From the IMG/VR virus record IMGVR_UViG_3300024518_005076: a stretch of DNA of 24,274 nt; one strand, 5' to 3'. Below the pieces are notes generated by a model. It ran no database searches, had not been told where the DNA came from, and saw only the letters and a program-made list of their open reading frames with translations. Made by a program: the position numbers and the translations under genes. The stretch's first letter is position 1. Every line of letters starts with the position of its first letter. Shown here one piece after another: positions 16,304-22,373 of the stretch. Source of the DNA: a virus (Duplodnaviria > Heunggongvirae > Uroviricota > Caudoviricetes).

Positions 16304-16450
16304 ATGCTCATCTCGGTCATGACCATAATGGTTTTCATGTACGGCTTCGTTCTCTTGTGTGGACACTTCGATGGCCCTGACGACCAGCCACCTGATAGAC
16401 GTGTCGAGGAAATACCTCGGATCGTTTATGGAACTGACCAGCGGAACTAA
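16304..16450 (+). CDS. Possible small membrane protein (48 aa)
   Basis: Hydrophobic N-terminus MLISVMTIMVFMYGFVLLC. It overlaps the 5' end of the next ORF, whose start is uncertain. Confidence 0.3.
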   Translation: MLISVMTIMVFMYGFVLLCGHFDGPDDQPPDRRVEEIPRIVYGTDQRN

Positions 16451-17033
16451 GTACTGGCCTGGCGGGATTCTGCCATCTGAAATGCTGTGCTTCTGCTCCC
16501 TGGCATGGGATCAACAACAGAGCGAAGTCGTAGAATCCGGACGGAAACACGGGTTCAGCACTGAGATTCTCATGAAATGCGGGTTTCGAACCGTCAGCTT
16601 CGAGATCGATCCTATTCAGGAGACAAGCAATCGTCTCGCGAGACTGGCTGTCGAAAACGCATTCGACCTGAATATGCGTAATGAGGATTTCACGCGATTC
16701 GCCCACGAAGTCGCCTATGTCCATCAGTGCCCGATGCTGATCGATGGACCAAAGGGTCGCAAGGCCGTAAATATCACCAAGGAAGCGATCGAGAGCTTGC
16801 CCTTTGCCGCCATTCACGACATGAGCGAAAAGGCAGAGGGTGGCAATCCAAACGTGGGCCGCACCGCCCTGAACGAGTCGGGCCTTGAGTTCGTTATTCT
16901 GGGTGATGAATTCGCAGAAGAATTCGGGAATTTGGATAGCGGTGCATGGAAAAGCGACTATTCTTCACGGGCTGAAATGACCAGATACGGATTTCACATG
17001 GCAATCATCAAGGGAAACAAATGGAACGATTAA
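16359..17033 (+). CDS. Class I SAM-dependent methyltransferase-like protein (Methyltransf_24-like); start may be 16371 or 16428
   Basis: VVESGRKHGFST (motif I-like), SFE (motif II acidic), LIDGPK and AIHD. Confidence 0.65.
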   Translation: MDTSMALTTSHLIDVSRKYLGSFMELTSGTKYWPGGILPSEMLCFCSLAWDQQQSEVVESGRKHGFSTEILMKCGFRTVSFEIDPIQETSNRLARLAVENAFDLNMRNEDFTRFAHEVAYVHQCPMLIDGPKGRKAVNITKEAIESLPFAAIHDMSEKAEGGNPNVGRTALNESGLEFVILGDEFAEEFGNLDSGAWKSDYSSRAEMTRYGFHMAIIKGNKWND

Positions 17034-17614
17034 TCTGCTGTATTCCGTCAGAAAGAGCCGCAGCATGGAAGCTGGAAACTGATTACGATGATCTATGCTG
17101 GCTCGAAAGAGGCGAAGCTGAGCTGAACCCTAAGTTTCGACAGGTGATTCCTTACGTGGTTGTCAGGAATCCAGTCACTGGAGACATTCTTTCGTACGTC
17201 CGCAACGGGAACGAAAACCGGCTGATTGGGCGTATGAGCATTGGATTCGGGGGCCATGTCGACTTTCCGGAGTCGATTGAAGACGCCGTCCTAAGAGAGC
17301 TGGATGAGGAGATTGGCGCTGATGTTAATCACAGGCAGCTTGGTTCGCCGTGCGGTCTCATTGTGTCTGATCAGTCGGAAGTTGATCGGGTCCACATGGG
17401 GATTGTTTACATGCTAGAAACAGAAACCTACGAACTCAAAAGCGAAGAAATCACCGATGTGCAATGGACATCCCCAGACGACCTCGGGCTTTACTTCGAA
17501 CAGCTGGAATCTTGGTCCCAGATTGCACTGATGGCTATCAGTAACCTTTCCGTCCCGGCCCTGGAAGGATCCCTGATTCGTTATGTCGCAGAATGTGATA
17601 CAGCCGATACTTGA
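17021..17614 (+). CDS. Nudix hydrolase (COG4112-type predicted phosphoesterase)
   Basis: RQVIPYVV…E.RL.G..SIGFGGHV…LRELDEEIG (Nudix box) and VDRVHMGIVY. Confidence 0.88.
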   Translation: MERLICCIPSERAAAWKLETDYDDLCWLERGEAELNPKFRQVIPYVVVRNPVTGDILSYVRNGNENRLIGRMSIGFGGHVDFPESIEDAVLRELDEEIGADVNHRQLGSPCGLIVSDQSEVDRVHMGIVYMLETETYELKSEEITDVQWTSPDDLGLYFEQLESWSQIALMAISNLSVPALEGSLIRYVAECDTADT

Positions 17615-18245
17615 GCGGCTCGGCATCCTGGATGGGAACGAGTGGCTGATCAAAAAACTCGACCTTCACAGAAGGAGAGTGGATCATTTCCAGTACATGT
17701 CCCGACACTTCTCCTTCGACATCAGGGGTGCAACATTCGTTGATCTTGGACCCGGCACAGGCGAGTCTCTTGAGATCGCTCAATCTCTGGGGGCAACAGC
17801 TATTGGAATTGACGCCGCATCCGGAGAGGGAGGGATGGGAGATCCTTACCTTGCAGTCTGCCGAGAGATAGTCAAGTCTCGAAACCTGGACGTGCGCCGA
17901 GTTGGAGCGCTGGCAATCGACAGAGAGCTGAAGCAAGAGTCAGTCGACTTCATTAACAGCCGAGGGTCGATCGAACAAATCCTCTGCAAGTGGATGAGGG
18001 GCGAGCCCCATCATATTCATCAGAACTGCAATCTGATGCACTGGAAATCAAACTGCCACCTGGGAATCGGATCGTTTCTTGAGAAGTGTGCAAAAGTACT
18101 CAAGCCGGGCGGGTCACTTCTGATCCACGCCAACGGAGCAGCGAACACGGAAGTTTACGACCTGGCCCTTATAGGTCAGGCTGCCAGATACAAATTCAGG
18201 ATCAAGAAGCATGAAGATCGATTACACCGGCTTACTTTGGGATGA
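17583..18245 (+). CDS. Class I SAM-dependent methyltransferase
   Basis: FVDLGPGTGE (motif I), GID (II), SVDFI (IV) and KVLKPGGSLLI (VI). No DPPY/NPPY or PC motif is visible. Confidence 0.85.
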   Translation: MSQNVIQPILERLGILDGNEWLIKKLDLHRRRVDHFQYMSRHFSFDIRGATFVDLGPGTGESLEIAQSLGATAIGIDAASGEGGMGDPYLAVCREIVKSRNLDVRRVGALAIDRELKQESVDFINSRGSIEQILCKWMRGEPHHIHQNCNLMHWKSNCHLGIGSFLEKCAKVLKPGGSLLIHANGAANTEVYDLALIGQAARYKFRIKKHEDRLHRLTLG

Positions 18246-19017
18246 GTTTGTCTTGTTTGACATTGAGACGGCCCCAAAGCCTGATGTGGCTGCCGAGTTT
18301 ATTAAGCGGGAAACTGCAAAGCTTCCGCCACAAAGAGACCCGTTGGTGCAGCCCTTCAAAATACCCGAGATGAACGTGGGAGAAGTTGATGGCCTGGTCA
18401 GGGCGTGCAATCCCACGACAACCTGGCTCCATGAGGCAATTAAGTGCGAGAAGGAAAACAAGAACCGAAAGGGGGTGCAGTCCTTACTAGAGAAGACATT
18501 CTCCAAGCTGGTCGAGCCGATAGCTCTTGAGAAGAAGATCTGCTTGATGCCAGAGTTGTGCGACATTCTTTGTATCGGGATGTCAATTAAGGGTGAGCGA
18601 GAAATTCTCGTCAAGGGCCGGTGCTGCGAAAATATGATGCTGGATCGTTTCTGGGCAGTGTGTAATCTGATGCAGCCCTGTGGATGGAATATCTCAGGTT
18701 TTGATCTACCCGTGATTCTTCACAGGTCCAAAGATCACGGCCTTGAGCCTACCCGAAAATTCGAGTTTACGTACTCTGGAGAAGGATTTCTCGATCTGCT
18801 GAAACTACGAAAGCAGACAGCCGGGTCGGACAGGCTCACGGACGTGGCCCTTGCCCTTGGTTTTGATGGAGATGGAGACGATCCCCTGAAGAGTGGCGGG
18901 GCTGATGTTTATGAGGCGTGGAGCGTGGGAAGAACTGATGATGTTGTTGCTCACTGCATGACGGATCTCGCCAGGTTAGAGCACGTATTCTTTAACTACA
19001 TTGGCGTTTACCTATAG
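18211..19017 (+). CDS. DnaQ/PolB-type 3'-5' exonuclease (stand-alone)
   Basis: FDIET (ExoI), GWNISGFDLP (ExoII), FLDLL and HCMTDL (ExoIII). Confidence 0.82.
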   Translation: MKIDYTGLLWDEFVLFDIETAPKPDVAAEFIKRETAKLPPQRDPLVQPFKIPEMNVGEVDGLVRACNPTTTWLHEAIKCEKENKNRKGVQSLLEKTFSKLVEPIALEKKICLMPELCDILCIGMSIKGEREILVKGRCCENMMLDRFWAVCNLMQPCGWNISGFDLPVILHRSKDHGLEPTRKFEFTYSGEGFLDLLKLRKQTAGSDRLTDVALALGFDGDGDDPLKSGGADVYEAWSVGRTDDVVAHCMTDLARLEHVFFNYIGVYL

Positions 19018-19026
19018 GAGAGTAAG

Positions 19027-19272
19027 ATGGTTTCTCGAATGCCTGACATGGAACTGCTGAATATCCAATTCACTCGGAATGACTCAACTGGAGGAATGCG
19101 GTTCAAGCGAGATTCGAACGCACACGCCCTGACCTCAAATGAGAGAGCGATGATCTCGAATATGTTGAGGCAGTGGGCTGAGGAGTTCGATCACGACATC
19201 TTTCCCTTTCAGGGAGTCCGGACACATATCAAGCCGCCCACACCTGTTGGGTTGGTGGATAATGTGACATGA
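19027..19272 (+). CDS. Hypothetical protein (81 aa)
   Basis: AGGAG SD and ATGA coupling to the next gene. Confidence 0.65.
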   Translation: MVSRMPDMELLNIQFTRNDSTGGMRFKRDSNAHALTSNERAMISNMLRQWAEEFDHDIFPFQGVRTHIKPPTPVGLVDNVT

Positions 19273-19550
19273 CTAAGCCATATGGATGGAAGTTGAGCCT
19301 CTACAAGGATGAAGACTTCGGCCCGTCATCGAAGTATGTCGGGGCGAAGCTCAGGCATCACAGAGGCGAATGGAGAAGACTACTCCACAAGAAGGGTCGC
19401 AGAGATGGAGACAGAGAAATCGAGTCTCAGCTTGATGACGTTGCTCTTCCGAACACTTTTGTTTGTGCTAAATGTTCTCTAGTGTGTCACGATGACGAGA
19501 TGTCAGGTCCAGACTCATACAGGATTTGTATGTGGTGTGACTGGGACTAA
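19269..19550 (+). CDS. Basic protein with C-terminal Zn-finger (CxxC…CxxC)
   Basis: RRLLHKKGRR basic patch, then CAKC…CMWC. Confidence 0.65.
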   Translation: MTKPYGWKLSLYKDEDFGPSSKYVGAKLRHHRGEWRRLLHKKGRRDGDREIESQLDDVALPNTFVCAKCSLVCHDDEMSGPDSYRICMWCDWD

Positions 19551-19562
19551 AAAGGAGATAGT

Positions 19563-19862
19563 GTGCGATTCGAAATCACTGCCATAAGGACTGAATGCAA
19601 ATGCGAAGACGTCTTCGCAGAAACAAAGGAAGATGCAGCCAAGCTGTTCCGGGAAAAGCACCCCACGTTCCGCATTGAAGACGTTTTCGTCGTGACTGAT
19701 TACGACGAAGAAGAGGGCAAGATCATCAGCGAAGGCTGGACATCAGCCGGACAGTGTGAAGGTTGTTCGGTGGAGTTGTGGTGCGAAGAGGATTACGTAT
19801 TAGACATGGAAGGTGAGATGAATTTCTGCATAAAGTGTGGATGCGAACCGGTTTCAACATGA
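19563..19862 (+). CDS. Small acidic protein with DpnD/PcfM-like N-terminus and C-terminal Zn ribbon
   Basis: AAGGAG SD and GTG start. N-terminal FEI…VFAETKEDA, then CEGC…CIKC. Confidence 0.7.
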   Translation: MRFEITAIRTECKCEDVFAETKEDAAKLFREKHPTFRIEDVFVVTDYDEEEGKIISEGWTSAGQCEGCSVELWCEEDYVLDMEGEMNFCIKCGCEPVST

Positions 19863-20845
19863 AAAGAATACTTATTGCTCATGATGTTGAATACAAGCGC
19901 CGAGACGGCATGGTTCGCTGGGCATATGCTCAACGCTCAAACGCCCTCAAGAAGAATGCCCCAGACGACATAGTGATTGATCGGTGTGCGATAACCTGGC
20001 TCCAGAAGCAGCCAGAGATCATGGGAAGTTACGATCTCATCTTCTGTATCGACTACATGTGGGCACTCACAATCCGACACTTAGTTGATGTGCATGCCCC
20101 GAAAGCCAAGCTGGTTCTCTCGTATAACCGAGACCACAGAACAAACAACGAGTTCTGGGAGCCTGCCCTCCTCGCTGCCCATTACGTGATCTGCAACAAC
20201 CCTGACAGGTACTATGGGGAAGGGGTCCGCCCCAACACTTGCGTCATCTCAAACGGCGTGGATATGGACCTGTGGAAGAAGAAGACCGCGTGGGAAACCC
20301 GACCGCTGGACGTGATCTGGTCATCCGCATCTTCAGCCGGAAAGAAGAAGGGATACCTTGAGATTATCGTTGATCTCAAGAAGTTAATGGTGGATGCTGG
20401 CGTCACCTGTGATATTCGCCCCGTCATGAGTGCGTTTGATCCGGTCGTCCAGAACGAAGACGAGATGGTCGACTGGTACAACAGCGGCAAGGTGATTATC
20501 TGTCCGTCAGAAAGCGAAGGCGGCGGACCAAGCATGGTGCTTGAGGCCTTGGCTTGCGGGTGTTCGGTTGTCACGAACCAGATCGGAAGCGCCAGCGAGC
20601 TTCGCGGAGAAGAAGACAGCCCCAACCTGATTATGTTTGACGGAAACGGAAACGTGAAGCAATTCATGAGCAAAATACAGGCTGCCCTGAAAGACCCCGA
20701 CATGAACAGCCGGGGACACAGGGCAATCCAGCCATGGTCCTACGAGCACAGATCAAAGTGGTTCTATGCTCTGTTTCGTGCCCTGATTCAGGATCGTCAG
20801 CCAGAGAACTTCGATTACCGGGAAACGCACTGGAGTCAGATATAA
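19859..20845 (+). CDS. GT4-family (GT-B) glycosyltransferase (328 aa)
   Basis: ATGA-coupled start at 19859. VISNGVD, then YN…VIICPSESEGGGPSMVLEALACGCSVV (E-X8-E variant of the E-X7-E motif). Confidence 0.88.
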   Translation: MKRILIAHDVEYKRRDGMVRWAYAQRSNALKKNAPDDIVIDRCAITWLQKQPEIMGSYDLIFCIDYMWALTIRHLVDVHAPKAKLVLSYNRDHRTNNEFWEPALLAAHYVICNNPDRYYGEGVRPNTCVISNGVDMDLWKKKTAWETRPLDVIWSSASSAGKKKGYLEIIVDLKKLMVDAGVTCDIRPVMSAFDPVVQNEDEMVDWYNSGKVIICPSESEGGGPSMVLEALACGCSVVTNQIGSASELRGEEDSPNLIMFDGNGNVKQFMSKIQAALKDPDMNSRGHRAIQPWSYEHRSKWFYALFRALIQDRQPENFDYRETHWSQI

Positions 20846-21006
20846 TGCCCAGATACGTAGTTGAGCTGATTCGTGATCAGAGAATGCAGGTAACAGTCGA
20901 CGCTGATAATGCTGTGGAAGCTCACGATTCTGCACTGGACCAGGCGAATGATCCTGAGGGAGACTATGTCGTAACTCAGATCTATCTGGCCGGTCCCGAG
21001 GAGTAG
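20845..21006 (+). CDS. Small acidic protein (53 aa), DpnD/PcfM-like pattern
   Basis: TAATG coupling at 20843-20847. RYVVEL…VTVDADNAVEA. Confidence 0.6.
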   Translation: MPRYVVELIRDQRMQVTVDADNAVEAHDSALDQANDPEGDYVVTQIYLAGPEE

Positions 21007-21009
21007 GAC

Positions 21010-21213
21010 GTGACGAAGTGCATCACTGCGGTCGAGAACAGGTTTCGCCCCACTCTTTTTTGTCATGCTTGCTGCAGCAGCCAGTATTCAGTAGTTCGAA
21101 TCCATTGTGACCTCGGGGCTCCGCAGCATGCCGTTGTCCAGATTTGCCAGAAGTGCCTTGCAGAAGCCAATGAGACAATCGCACTTCTTGAGGAAGGAGA
21201 GGTCCCTGTATGA
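21010..21213 (+). CDS. Small Zn-finger protein (67 aa)
   Basis: CHAC…ICQKCL followed by an amphipathic helix. AGGA SD and GTG start. Confidence 0.6.
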   Translation: MTKCITAVENRFRPTLFCHACCSSQYSVVRIHCDLGAPQHAVVQICQKCLAEANETIALLEEGEVPV

Positions 21214-21587
21214 CCCGTAGCGAGCTGGAATCTAAGATCAGGACATGGGCGTCGGAGTTCTCAGAGATAGCCTCAGAGAGCGTCCCAGAGGCCTTCGTGA
21301 AGTACCTCGCAAACAGATTGACCGAGACAGGGTTGGGACAGGAGGACCCTGATGTTCTCGCAGTCCGCACTCCGGACGGAATCTTTGCCGCCAGGGTGGA
21401 ATGGGAAAATAAAGAGGCCGGAGTCGTGTGTGTTTGCCTGATCGATACAGGTGAGGTGCTGGTATCTCGATATGACGCCCTGATCAGGAATGTCGACCGA
21501 TCGAAGCTTGCGAGGGCGCTGGACTCCAAGGACTGGTCAGAGCCGAAGATTCTGACTTCAGTCAGCGCCGACTCGGGCGCTAAATAA
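21210..21587 (+). CDS. Hypothetical protein (125 aa)
   Basis: ATGA coupling and GGAG SD. Its stop overlaps the stop of the convergent lipase gene. Confidence 0.65.
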   Translation: MTRSELESKIRTWASEFSEIASESVPEAFVKYLANRLTETGLGQEDPDVLAVRTPDGIFAARVEWENKEAGVVCVCLIDTGEVLVSRYDALIRNVDRSKLARALDSKDWSEPKILTSVSADSGAK

Positions 21588-22344
21588 ACATAGCCGCATA
21601 GTCAGCTGCTGAGTGCTGCCTGACAGAGTAGTGGCTTGTTGATTTGATTCTGTCGTACAGGCAGTAGTACCATGATGGCTCAAAGATCATCATGTCATCC
21701 CGGTTGAAATAGACCAGATCACCAGCGTGTCTGTACCGGTACGGAGGAATGAGCCTCGGAACGATGTCGCCCTTGTTCACGACCCTGAACAGACGACCGT
21801 TCATCTGGTTTGTCATCTTCCTGGCAAGTGGCCTGCCAAGGTGTCGTGGAGCCCCGAATGTGTAGACTCCGGCAACCTCTCCATACCCATCAGTCTCCAT
21901 GTGCCATCCGCAAAGACTCGCCATTGCGCCGCCCGCTGAATGGCCAGTGATAACCATCTTGGCTGTTTTGGGATCTGGCAACAATGAATAGAGGCAATCG
22001 TCCAGCTTCTTCCAGATATTCTTGAAGGATAATAGGAACCCAGTGTGGACGTTCCATTCCTTCCAGTAGGTGGGCCTGATCATGAGATTCCGCTTATGGT
22101 CCGAGACCGACCTGGTCCCACGGAAAGCGATGACAGCGAAGTTATCTTTTATGATAACCAGGCAGCTGTTCCTGTCATGGGAAATGGGAACGTAATGGTC
22201 GCAATTCCAGTTCTGGCGTGATTCGATCGACTCGGCATCCTGATCTGTGTAGCAGGCGTCGTAGCTTGCCTCTGCACAGATAATGCCCGCCTCTTTATTG
22301 AACGCGCCTGGCTTGAATATCTGCTGTGCTCTCTTGAGGTTCAT
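21580..22344 (-). CDS. Class 3 (fungal-type) lipase, alpha/beta hydrolase
   Basis: IAFRGT (oxyanion), VHTGF, TGHSAGG (GxSxG), YTFGAPR, RVVN.GDIVPRL (Asp) and a C-terminal His (QHS). GGAG SD favours ATG 22344 over 22356. Confidence 0.9.
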   Translation of the reverse strand: MNLKRAQQIFKPGAFNKEAGIICAEASYDACYTDQDAESIESRQNWNCDHYVPISHDRNSCLVIIKDNFAVIAFRGTRSVSDHKRNLMIRPTYWKEWNVHTGFLLSFKNIWKKLDDCLYSLLPDPKTAKMVITGHSAGGAMASLCGWHMETDGYGEVAGVYTFGAPRHLGRPLARKMTNQMNGRLFRVVNKGDIVPRLIPPYRYRHAGDLVYFNRDDMMIFEPSWYYCLYDRIKSTSHYSVRQHSAADYAAMFI

Positions 22345-22373
22345 GTGTATCTCCATTGTGGAGTTACTAGAGG

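Noticed and set aside
16335-16817. 160-aa minus-strand ORF
   Set aside because: Antisense to the methyltransferase-like gene, which has the motifs and fits the operon.
16359-18245. Methyltransferases as DNA (restriction-evading) methylases
   Set aside because: No DPPY/NPPY/SPPY or PC catalytic motif was seen; both look like small-molecule or glycan MTases.
20212-20749. Minus-strand ORFs of 163 aa and 80 aa
   Set aside because: Antisense shadows of the well-supported GT4 gene.
21023-21529. 168-aa minus-strand ORF
   Set aside because: Antisense to two coupled plus-strand genes, Ser/Thr-rich with no recognisable fold.
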